Origin: Telmatocola sphagniphila
GTDB lineage: Bacteria; Planctomycetota; Planctomycetia; Gemmatales; Gemmataceae
Assembly (NCBI RefSeq): GCF_018398935.1
Contig: NZ_CP074694.1
Coordinates: forward strand, 4,320,001-4,352,000
Direction of reading: 5' to 3'
DNA: 32,000 nt
A model generated the notes under the pieces. That model was not told the DNA's origin. It saw only the letters and a program-made list of their open reading frames with translations, and did no database searches. How positions within the stretch are numbered: position 1 is the first letter of the stretch; every line of letters starts with the position of its first letter. The position numbers and the translations under genes were made by a program. Positions 9,201-16,647 of the stretch are shown here, piece after piece.

Positions 9201-12200
9201 GCCGAATCGATTTATCTATCCGGGCGTAATATCGGCGATGAGTATCGCTATGTCCTGGATCGCCGCCTGCAAAAGCACTATCCCGGCAACATGCTGGATC
9301 GACCGGCCTTGCTGCTCAACCCCTGGGTGCTCCGCTCCACCGTAACCGGCGAGCAACTCGCGCGCGACGGGGAAGAGTATGAGAAACTATTGAAGCAGGC
9401 ACCTGCGGCAGCTTTACCTTCTGGGCCTCCGGCTATGCCTCGGAAGGAAATGCAATCGTCTCTAAGCCGCGCCACTCCACCTCAAGGAGATTTTTCCAAC
9501 CTGGACTTCCTGTTCGAAGCCTCGGTTGAAATCCTGAATTTGGTACCCGATAAAGACGGTGTCATCAAGCTACCCAAGGCAAAACTGGGCTCGCATTCGA
9601 TGATCCAAGTTATCGCCGTTGATCCCTTAAATACCACGGCTCGAACATTTACTTTGCCCGAATCTAAAGCCGATTTTGTCGATCTGCGGCTGCGAAACGG
9701 TCTGGATCCCAAAGGACGCTTCACCCAACAGAAGCAGGCGAGCATTCTGACCGCTGGACAGCCGTTTGTTCTGGCGGATGCAGCGGCGAGCCGATTCGAA
9801 GTGTACGACAGCTTGAATAAAGTTTTCACACTCTACGCCACTTTATCGGGCGATCCGAAGCTGGCCGAGTTTCGGTTTCTTCTCAACTGGCCGAACTTGA
9901 AACCTGAAGAAAAACGGAAAGAGTATTCCGATCATGCCTGCCACGAATTGAACTTCTTCCTGTATCGTAAAGATCCGGAGTTCTTCAAATCTGTCGTGAA
10001 GCCCTATCTGGCAAATAAGAAGGATAAAACCTTCCTCGACCTCTGGTTGCTCGAAGCCGATCTGAGTGGCTATCTCCAACCGTGGGCTTACTCGCGCTTG
10101 AACACCGTCGAAAAAATCCTGCTGGCCGAGCGGTTAATCGGGGAACAGCCCAAAACTACCCGCCATCTCAACGACCTGCTTCGACTCCTACCACCGAATA
10201 ACGATCGTTCTCGAATGCTCTTCGAAACGGCCGTGAAAGCGGGAGAGCTGTCGCTGAACTCCGACGCCTTAGGTTTATCCAGCACTAGGGGAGTAAAATT
10301 GAAAGCGACCTATGGAGGTGCCGATGGAGGTCAGGGAGAGCAAGATAGAGCAGGTGAGAATTTTAATTTGAATGCATTGAACGACACGGATCGCAAAAAA
10401 GACTCTGCCAAACGGCGAGATGGCGCTTCGGGACCAGTTGCAAAAGCCATAGGTGCCATAGGTGGCAAAGACGAAAAAGGTGCACTGGAGAAAAGAAACG
10501 TTGATTACTTCGCCGATGAGCCTTCACAGAAACAGGCAATCCCCGATCGGCTTTACCGAAAAGTCGATCCCACGAACGAGCTGGCGGAGAACAACTACTA
10601 CAAGCTTCCTATACACCTGCAAATCGGCGACCTGGTGGGCGTCAGCAACTTCTGGGTGGATTATTCGAAGCGCGACCTGAAAGCTCCATTCCTTTCCCGA
10701 TATTTGCCTGATGCCTCGCACAATTTCACGGAGATGATGTTCGCACTCTCAGTACTCGATCTTCCTTTCACAGCCGGTAAGCATGATGTGAAGTTCGACG
10801 CCGGCCACATGACCTTTACCCCGGCCGGGACGGTACTGGCCTTCCACGAGGAGGTTAAACCGGTGGCCGGCTTGAACGACAAGGTCCAGATTCTGGTCAG
10901 CCAGAATTTCTATCGGCTCGGAGATCGTTACAAGGATGAAGATGGTGAACGATTCGACAAATTCGTTACCGATGAATTCGTGATCCAGACCGTCTACGGC
11001 TGCCAGATCGTTGTGACCAATCCCACGCCCTCGCGGCAGCGATTGAATGTCCTTATGCAAATCCCGGTCGGCGCCATCGCACTGGCGAATGGCCAAGCGA
11101 CAAAAACGGTCGCCGTCGATCTGGAACCGTATCGCACCCAGATCCTCGACTACCGCTTCTATTTCCCCATGTCCGGTAAGTACCAGCATCTGCCGGTCCA
11201 GGTCGCCAAAGCGGAAACTCTGGTCGCCACCGGCACGCCGTTCACTTTCAATGTGGTCGATAAACCGACCAAACTGGATACCGAATCGTGGGAATACGTT
11301 TCGCAAAACGGCACCGGCGAACAAGTGCTGGCCATGCTGGAACGCGAAAACATCAATTCGCTCGACCTCGAAAAGATTGCATTTCGGCTGAAGGATAAAG
11401 CCTTTTTCGAATCGATTATCACCCTGCTGAAAAGTCGTCACGTCTACCAACAAACCGTCTGGTCCTACGCGATTTTTCATAACAAACCGGAAGAAGCTCG
11501 GGAATATTTCAATCACGCGGATGCAGTCGTGAACCTGTGCGGCGGTCCGCTGCAAAGCCCGTTATTGACTATCGATCCTACCGTGCGACACCAGTATCAA
11601 CATCTGGAGTATAAGCCTCTGGTGAATGCCCGCGCTCACGCTCTGGGCCACGCTCGACAGATCGTCAACGGAGCCTTCCAGAATCAGTACCAACAGTACT
11701 TGAAACTGTTGAGCTATCGCACCATTCTGGATGATACCGATCTTTTAGCCGTGACTTACTACCTGTTGCTTCAGGACCGCATTGAAGAAGCCGTGGAAAG
11801 TTTTGCCAAAGTCAACGCGGCCAATATCTCCACGAAGATGCAATACGACTATTGCGCCGCTTACCTGGACATGTATCAGGATAACACGGCCGCGGCGCGT
11901 GCCATCGCTTTGAATTATGCGAATGCTCCCGTCGATCGCTGGCGGAATACCTTTGCTGCGATTATCAACCAGCTGGATGAAATCGAAGGCAAGGCAGCTC
12001 AAGTCACCGAGAAGAACAATCGGGATCAGGAGCAGGCCCGCCTCGCCGCGAAAGAGCCGAGCCTCGACTTCACCATCGACAACAAGACGATTAATCTCAA
12101 TTGGAATAATCTCGACTCGGTTACGATCAATTACTATCTGATGGATGTGGAATTGCTGTTCAGCCGCAACCCGTTCGTTCAGCAATCGGGCAGTCGGCAA

Positions 12201-12632
12201 TTCTCCATGGTTCGCCCGAACGAGTCCAAGACTGTGAAACTGGTTACTGGCCAGAATAAGCTTGCGATTCCACTGCCGGAAGAGTTCCTGAAGAAAAACG
12301 TTCTGGTGGAAATCACCTCGAAGGGCAAGACCCAGGCACTGCCCTACTATGCCAACGCCATGAATGTCACCTTGAAAGAGAATTACGGTCAATTACAGGC
12401 GACCGATGCAGCCACCGGCAAATTGCTCCCGAAGGTGTATGTGAAGACTTATGTCCGTCTGGCGGATGGCACGGTGAAATTCCACAAAGATGGCTACACC
12501 GATCTGCGTGGCAAGTTCGATTACGCTTCGGTCAGCACACCCGAACATTCGTCCATTACGAAATTTGGGATTCTGGTGCTGAGCGAAACGCAGGGAGCCC
12601 TAATTCGGGAAGTGAACCCACCACAGCAGTAG
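6300..12632 (+). CDS. Very large (2110 aa) secreted protein of unknown function: helical N-terminal region followed by many beta-rich modules
   Basis: ORF 6036-12632. I place the start at in-frame ATG 6300, giving MKWLKCAVIALGVSLMSHAEA|SD, a Sec signal peptide. The reading frame is uninterrupted for 6.3 kb. Carboxypeptidase-regulatory/MG-like signatures occur (VTGCTVWLHGQEYKADDTGVVYIPF; KVYVKTYVRLADGTVKFHKDGYTDLRGKFDY). A low-complexity linker sits near nt 10285-10515. No family was recognised with confidence. Confidence 0.85.
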   Translation: MKWLKCAVIALGVSLMSHAEASDIGFVEDFALAKDRAEALKKLIPGTEDYYYYHCLHYLNTEQFDKIEPLTKIWFERFNQTQRLTEIQTRYAFLTYNKDPQRTLSYFRRTLGLNYPHQRIIQGGSPNLPTALDAKLIRRDTLKADSLARWPNLENFEDSAMQWLANENLSWERRRLLLQRLERPDIQNLPALIVEDLKAPNNIVFGQWKIHYQLTLDQLNELLKLKPDLLNQDHFVRAMLQKLHPGDDEDWQNTPALLRAYLDRLLAFVRKLDPANNSLKAHVLFNRLLLDQTSGNLDKALFLEYLTLPRQRGYMPKEMLDSEYSRRFPADLNADWKPVTLLPIVRDDEALVRYYLKHLLLNASGYKEFAPFINDSYLRAVFAETKIEAGLGDVEQWANYLSPESYRALKERIDIDFAPTNKTHYKADEPVSLNLWVKNVPTLMVKVFEINTANFYQSQQREVDTAINLDGLVANSEKTYAYTEDAVRRVSRKFEFPQLNKAGLYVIDFIGAGKSSRALIHKGRLLPLVTTSTVGQKLVIVDENKQIVTGCTVWLHGQEYKADDTGVVYIPFSTASGQQPIVIKKGDFASLDYLLHASENYKLQIGFYVDREALLTQRIATIVVRPSLLLNDQPVSLKLLKDAKLVLSAKDLDGIVTTTEVPNFKLFEDRESTHEFRVPARLNSLDISLQATVNSRSLSKPITLSAGHSFVTNEISKTEKIEDIHLAKFGSEYVLEVRGRTGEPKPERPVTIGLKHRDFKTSTTVQLKTNSAGRIQLGELLDITSLAVTGPEQISHTWNLSSDRHSYRKTLHSKRGDIITLPYMGKEAMVSRDELSLFELHGSTVFADRFGNLSIKDAILEIKDLPAGDFELWLKKSDERIQIRVTEGNLADGYVLGDLRELQLPGLKPVQISSLTLEGDNLVIQLRDISPFTRVHVFGTRYQPAFSAFEELAKVRDAELKGYYPTRAESIYLSGRNIGDEYRYVLDRRLQKHYPGNMLDRPALLLNPWVLRSTVTGEQLARDGEEYEKLLKQAPAAALPSGPPAMPRKEMQSSLSRATPPQGDFSNLDFLFEASVEILNLVPDKDGVIKLPKAKLGSHSMIQVIAVDPLNTTARTFTLPESKADFVDLRLRNGLDPKGRFTQQKQASILTAGQPFVLADAAASRFEVYDSLNKVFTLYATLSGDPKLAEFRFLLNWPNLKPEEKRKEYSDHACHELNFFLYRKDPEFFKSVVKPYLANKKDKTFLDLWLLEADLSGYLQPWAYSRLNTVEKILLAERLIGEQPKTTRHLNDLLRLLPPNNDRSRMLFETAVKAGELSLNSDALGLSSTRGVKLKATYGGADGGQGEQDRAGENFNLNALNDTDRKKDSAKRRDGASGPVAKAIGAIGGKDEKGALEKRNVDYFADEPSQKQAIPDRLYRKVDPTNELAENNYYKLPIHLQIGDLVGVSNFWVDYSKRDLKAPFLSRYLPDASHNFTEMMFALSVLDLPFTAGKHDVKFDAGHMTFTPAGTVLAFHEEVKPVAGLNDKVQILVSQNFYRLGDRYKDEDGERFDKFVTDEFVIQTVYGCQIVVTNPTPSRQRLNVLMQIPVGAIALANGQATKTVAVDLEPYRTQILDYRFYFPMSGKYQHLPVQVAKAETLVATGTPFTFNVVDKPTKLDTESWEYVSQNGTGEQVLAMLERENINSLDLEKIAFRLKDKAFFESIITLLKSRHVYQQTVWSYAIFHNKPEEAREYFNHADAVVNLCGGPLQSPLLTIDPTVRHQYQHLEYKPLVNARAHALGHARQIVNGAFQNQYQQYLKLLSYRTILDDTDLLAVTYYLLLQDRIEEAVESFAKVNAANISTKMQYDYCAAYLDMYQDNTAAARAIALNYANAPVDRWRNTFAAIINQLDEIEGKAAQVTEKNNRDQEQARLAAKEPSLDFTIDNKTINLNWNNLDSVTINYYLMDVELLFSRNPFVQQSGSRQFSMVRPNESKTVKLVTGQNKLAIPLPEEFLKKNVLVEITSKGKTQALPYYANAMNVTLKENYGQLQATDAATGKLLPKVYVKTYVRLADGTVKFHKDGYTDLRGKFDYASVSTPEHSSITKFGILVLSETQGALIREVNPPQQ

Positions 12633-12660
12633 GATCGAAAATCCACCCATCAACGAAAAA

Positions 12661-12693
12661 GCCGGCTGGGAATCGTAGTGAGTTCCCGCCGGC
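12661..12693. terminator. Intrinsic terminator hairpin between convergent genes (best on the minus strand)
   Basis: GCCGGC(T)GGGAA - 10-nt loop - TTCCCGCCGGC forms an 11-bp GC-rich stem with one bulge. It is flanked by AAAAA (12656-12660), which reads as a T-run after the hairpin on the minus strand, and by TTGATGTT on the plus strand. Confidence 0.7.
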
Positions 12694-12719
12694 TTGATGT
12701 TACTTGAATTCAAAAAAGA

Positions 12720-13088
12720 TCAACCGCCGACCTTGGTCTTCAGTTCGGCCAAATGCTTGGAAATTTCTTCCTTGGCTTCGTGGAACTTCTCCGGAGCGGT
12801 TTCCTTCAGCTTGGCCAGCTTTTCTTTCAGCTTGGTATACATTTCTTGGGCTTCTTCCTTGGTCTTGCCCGAAAGGCCCTTGATCTTCTCTTCGATTCCA
12901 CCGAAGTGACTTTCCGTCAGCTTGGCATATTCTTCCTTGGCCTTCTGCAACGCTTCACCGGTCAGATGCTTGACGGTTTCTTCGCTCTTCTTCGCGACTT
13001 CAGCGGCTTTTTCACAGGCCACGCCACTCAGCGAGACCAGACCCAGCACGGTAGAGAGTGCCACGGCTTTCACTAATTTCATCGACAT
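12720..13088 (-). CDS. Small secreted (possibly lipid-anchored) K/E-rich helical protein
   Basis: ORF 12720-13166. Start placed at ATG 13088, preceded by GGGAGA. N-terminus MSMKLVKAVALSTVLGLVSLSGVA|C. The mature ~97 aa are Lys/Glu/Ala-rich and predicted amphipathic helical (KAKEEYAKL, KLKEKLAKLKE). The terminator hairpin lies directly downstream. Confidence 0.7.
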   Translation of the reverse strand: MSMKLVKAVALSTVLGLVSLSGVACEKAAEVAKKSEETVKHLTGEALQKAKEEYAKLTESHFGGIEEKIKGLSGKTKEEAQEMYTKLKEKLAKLKETAPEKFHEAKEEISKHLAELKTKVGG

Positions 13089-13298
13089 TCTCCCAGAATC
13101 ATGAGCTTCGGCGGATAAAATCGAGCAGAACCAAGCGATCGCCGAGCCGCCCGGTCGCAAACTCACTGAGGTAAGGATATTAACTAACAGGTCGATTACA
13201 CCTGCTGCTTGAGTGCCAAGGGATTATTCGTTTGAACGGCACTAAAATATAATCGCTTTCACTTGAAATTTCCCTTAAGAATTCCTTTACCAGCCATT

Positions 13299-14033
13299 AT
13301 GAAGACTGTCGTGGCCTGCTTTTATCATTTCTTCGATTTCGCGGACTTTGCGAGTCACCGGACGCCATTACGCGATTTCCTGCTTGAGAAGGAAATCAAA
13401 GGAACGATTCTCCTCGCCTCCGAAGGCATCAACGGTACTGTAGCTGGTTCACGTGAAAGTATCGATGCACTTCTGACAAAATTGCGCTCCCTTCCAGGTC
13501 TGGGACAGCTGGTTCACAAAGAGAGTCTTCATAATACCCAGCCGTTCCAACGGACGAAGGTTCGGCTAAAGAAAGAGACCATAGCGTTCGGCAAGCCCAT
13601 CGCTCCGGAAGTGCTGGCCGAGACTTATCGCACGCCGCGACAGTGGAATGATTTGATTCAATCCCCCGATGTGCTGGTGCTGGACACGCGAAATGATTAC
13701 GAAGTCGAACTCGGATCCTTCCAGGGGGCCGTAGATCCCAAAATTCCCACCTTCAAAGCCCTCGTACAGTACGTCGAGGAACATCTCGACCCCGCCAAGC
13801 ACACCAAAATTGCCACCTATTGCACGGGTGGAATACGCTGTGAGAAATTCGCCAGTTATTTGAAGTCCAAAGGTTTTCCCGAAGTCTATCAGCTCCAAGG
13901 CGGCATTCTGAAATATCTGGAAGAAATCCCTGATGAGGAAAGCCTCTGGAAGGGACATTGCTTCGTCTTCGATGAACGAGTTGGCGTAGGCCATGGCCTG
14001 AAAGCGATAACCTCTACTGACAGCAACCCCTAA
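13299..14033 (+). CDS. trhO: Rhodanese-domain tRNA uridine(34) hydroxylase (UPF0176/YceA family)
   Basis: Start at ATG 13299 (the ORF track begins at TTG 13263). It has the LASEGINGTVAG block near the N-terminus and the rhodanese active-site loop YCTGGIRCEKF, followed by LQGGILKYLEE. All are typical of TrhO/YceA. Confidence 0.8.
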   Translation: MKTVVACFYHFFDFADFASHRTPLRDFLLEKEIKGTILLASEGINGTVAGSRESIDALLTKLRSLPGLGQLVHKESLHNTQPFQRTKVRLKKETIAFGKPIAPEVLAETYRTPRQWNDLIQSPDVLVLDTRNDYEVELGSFQGAVDPKIPTFKALVQYVEEHLDPAKHTKIATYCTGGIRCEKFASYLKSKGFPEVYQLQGGILKYLEEIPDEESLWKGHCFVFDERVGVGHGLKAITSTDSNP

Positions 14034-14174
14034 ATATTGCCCAAACTCTCCGCCTAGCCCAATTTGCATCATTTAAGCATTCTTCGAAGGCGGCAAATTC
14101 GACACCAACGCTGAACTAGCTACTCTTTTGAAATCCTTCCCACTCAACGCATCCTTTGCCACTGCCGATTCCAT

Positions 14175-15584
14175 TTGAGGCAGTCGGAAGATTCGAGATC
14201 GAATTCAAAAGGTGCGGCCTTGTACGATATCAACCGGTTACGATTGCTGGATAAGGCAATCATCGGGGTCATTCTGGTAGCGACTGTGGCGTTCGGCGCC
14301 TTAGTCGAGATCCGATCAGTCTACCTGTCGACCCGTAAGACCGATGTCGGCTGTTACTTTCGGGCCGCCTGGGCCTATCGCACGGATACGAACATTTACG
14401 ATGTCCCGGACGATAACGGCTGGCACTATGCTTACCCGCCCGCTTTTGCGATCCTAATGGCCCCTTTCGCCGATGCTCCGAAAGGTTTCGAACAACTACC
14501 GATTGCCTTCCCTTACAAAGTATCCGTCGCAATCTGGTATTTCATCAGCGTGATCTGCCTGGCCTGGGGCATTCATATCCTGGCTAAAGCGGTCGAGGAT
14601 ACTTCTGCAGAAGGGAGTTTCCTCAGCAGCTATCCGCCGGGCTCGCGTCCGTGGTGGTGGCTGAGGTTGGTTCCGTTCGGTATCTGCCTCCCGGCGATTG
14701 GCAGCACATTCTCCCGCGGCCAGGTGAACACGATCGTGCTGCTGTCCATCGCCGGTTTCGCGGCCGAGACAATTCGCAATCGCCGGGGCTGCGCCGGGCT
14801 CTGGCTGTCGGTGGGGATTTGTTTGAAAGTCATCCCGGCCTTCCTGCTGATCCTGCCGTTAGTACGTCGCGATTTACGAACGCTCGGCTACTCTGCGCTG
14901 GGAATGTTTATCGGATTGGCCGTTATTCCGACCGTTGGCATGGGCCCCGAAAGAGCCTGGGAAAGTTCCAGATATTTCCTGGTTCATACGATCGCTCCTG
15001 GGCTGGGCGAAGCCGGTACCGGGACCATGGCCAAAGAACTGACCGGGATGAATGTGACCGATAATCAGTCTTTCCAGGCGATTATTCATAACTTGAAATA
15101 CTGGTCGAATTTGCCGCGGCCTCGACAAGCCGATGAATCTACTAAACTGCTGCACGTGAGCCTGGCGGGATTGATGACGCTCGTCAGCTTTCTGGCAGTC
15201 CGAAGATGGGCGGATCGACGCTTCAGCGACATGTTCCTGATCGGTAATCTCACCATGATCATGTTCATGGCCAGCCCGGTCTGCCATCACCATTATTTTG
15301 CTCTCGCCGTGCCGCTGGTTTTGACTTTGGTGGCAGTAGAAATGCAGAATCGCAGCGACCTGAAGTTCGGCATCAGCATGTCGATTCTAGTCTTGATCCA
15401 GATGGCGATGGAAATCCTTCCCAAAATCCCCGCGTTGGAAAAATTACGCGATGCGGGAGTGACCCTCGAAAGCGGCGTTATCCTGTGGGGTTGGGGCGTG
15501 GCCACATGTTGGCAGTTGAAATCTGCAACTGTTACTATCGGTCAACAGCCGATTGTGGAAGAGCGTTTACGAACGGCTGCCTGA
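14175..15584 (+). CDS. Polytopic membrane glycosyltransferase, DUF2029/GT87-like (GT-C type)
   Basis: 469 aa with about 10 hydrophobic segments. The first periplasmic loop reads YFRAAWAYRTDTNIYDVPDDNGWHYAYPPAFAILMAPFA, resembling DUF2029 mannosyltransferase-like proteins. The start is uncertain: TTG 14175, with an in-frame TTG at 14220. Confidence 0.55.
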   Translation: MRQSEDSRSNSKGAALYDINRLRLLDKAIIGVILVATVAFGALVEIRSVYLSTRKTDVGCYFRAAWAYRTDTNIYDVPDDNGWHYAYPPAFAILMAPFADAPKGFEQLPIAFPYKVSVAIWYFISVICLAWGIHILAKAVEDTSAEGSFLSSYPPGSRPWWWLRLVPFGICLPAIGSTFSRGQVNTIVLLSIAGFAAETIRNRRGCAGLWLSVGICLKVIPAFLLILPLVRRDLRTLGYSALGMFIGLAVIPTVGMGPERAWESSRYFLVHTIAPGLGEAGTGTMAKELTGMNVTDNQSFQAIIHNLKYWSNLPRPRQADESTKLLHVSLAGLMTLVSFLAVRRWADRRFSDMFLIGNLTMIMFMASPVCHHHYFALAVPLVLTLVAVEMQNRSDLKFGISMSILVLIQMAMEILPKIPALEKLRDAGVTLESGVILWGWGVATCWQLKSATVTIGQQPIVEERLRTAA

Positions 15585-15594
15585 TGCAGGTATT

Positions 15595-16485
15595 TCAGCG
15601 TACCAGGCCCCGTTTTCGCAAGTAGCCGAGAACCAGTTTTTCGAACGGCACCTGATTCGACGTGAACAGGTAGCTGATACCGCGGCGAACGCAAAATTCG
15701 CCCAAGGCGCCGCGAAAAGCATTCAACGTATCCTGATAGCGCTTCAGTAGCGGGGCACTCATGGTGACTTCCGCACGATCCCCATCTTCGATATCAATTA
15801 GCTTCAGGTCGCCCGTCATAGGCGGTTCGATCTCTTCCTGTGAGAGAATCTGGATCACGTAAATATCGAACTGCCGGGCTAAAAGGTACCGGAGCCCTTC
15901 CTGGAAGCCCCCTTTATCCAGAAAATCGCTGAGTATTACCACCACGCCTTTGCTGGTCGTTTTCATGCTGAAGGCTTTCAACGACTTGGTGAGGTCGCTC
16001 GGCCCGGAGGGTTCCATCTTGTTCAGGAAGTTGACAAGCTGCATCATGTTACGCCGGCCGCGAATCGGTGCGCTGGACTGAGTGATGTGGTCGTTAAAGC
16101 TCTCCACCATCACGCGATCGTGGTTGACCAGACCGATAAAGCCCAGGGCTGCGGCCACCTGCCGGGCGTAATGCATTTTAGTCGGCGATCCGTAATCCAT
16201 CGATTTGGAGTTGTCTATCAAAATGTGAAAGTGCAAATCCTCTTCTTCGTGGAAGAGTCTGAGGAACAATTTATCGAGCCGGGCGTAAAGATTCCAATCG
16301 AGATAGCGTAAGTCATCCCCCACTACATAGTTGCGAAAATCGGCGAATTCGACCGACTGCCCTTTGCGTTTGCTGAGTCGATCACCCTTGGTTCTCCCCT
16401 GCAGAATTTTTTTGGAAACGATCTCGAGCTGCTCAAGGCGGCTGAGGAAAGCGCCATCCAAAAGGGGAGTTTGAATCTCTGTCAT
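15595..16485 (-). CDS. DUF58 domain protein (vWA-like, normally MoxR-associated)
   Basis: 296 aa with the hallmark SVEFADFRNYVVGDDLRYLDWNLYARLDKLFLRLFHEEEDLHFHILIDNSKSM. The ATG at 16485 is preceded by GAGAGG. Confidence 0.85.
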   Translation of the reverse strand: MTEIQTPLLDGAFLSRLEQLEIVSKKILQGRTKGDRLSKRKGQSVEFADFRNYVVGDDLRYLDWNLYARLDKLFLRLFHEEEDLHFHILIDNSKSMDYGSPTKMHYARQVAAALGFIGLVNHDRVMVESFNDHITQSSAPIRGRRNMMQLVNFLNKMEPSGPSDLTKSLKAFSMKTTSKGVVVILSDFLDKGGFQEGLRYLLARQFDIYVIQILSQEEIEPPMTGDLKLIDIEDGDRAEVTMSAPLLKRYQDTLNAFRGALGEFCVRRGISYLFTSNQVPFEKLVLGYLRKRGLVR

Positions 16486-16647
16486 AAAGCCTCTCAGCAG
16501 CCAGTTCCTTATCCAGTCTACCCATCATAACGCCGGCGAATGGCTTCGCTATCTTGATATTGCGGAAAATAGGCCGATAAAGTACTTTCGCCCAGGGTAA
16601 AATTGCGGACGCAACGAACTCGCACCCCGGAATCAACGAGACCAAGG

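Noticed and set aside
10749-12392. 268-aa and 215-aa minus-strand ORFs inside the giant gene
   Set aside because: They are antisense to a 6.3-kb uninterrupted frame. They have no signal, no motifs and no plausible RBS, so I treat them as shadow ORFs.
6300-12632. Calling the giant protein a bacterial alpha-2-macroglobulin
   Set aside because: None of the Cys residues I could find in the translation (HCLHY, TGCTV, HACHE, YGCQI, LCGGP, DYCAA) sits in a CxEQ thioester context. No adjacent PBP1C-like partner is present. The MG-like signatures alone are too generic.
12753-13076. 107-aa plus-strand ORF opposite the K/E-rich small protein
   Set aside because: The translation is F/L/G-rich, the mirror image of K/E codons. 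The minus-strand frame has an RBS, a signal peptide and a terminator in the correct orientation.
13232-13253. TTGAAC and a perfect TATAAT (13248-13253) upstream of trhO as a sigma-70 promoter
   Set aside because: The spacer between the hexamers is only 10 nt, so they cannot work as a -35/-10 pair. TATAAT alone in an AT-rich spacer is not sufficient evidence.
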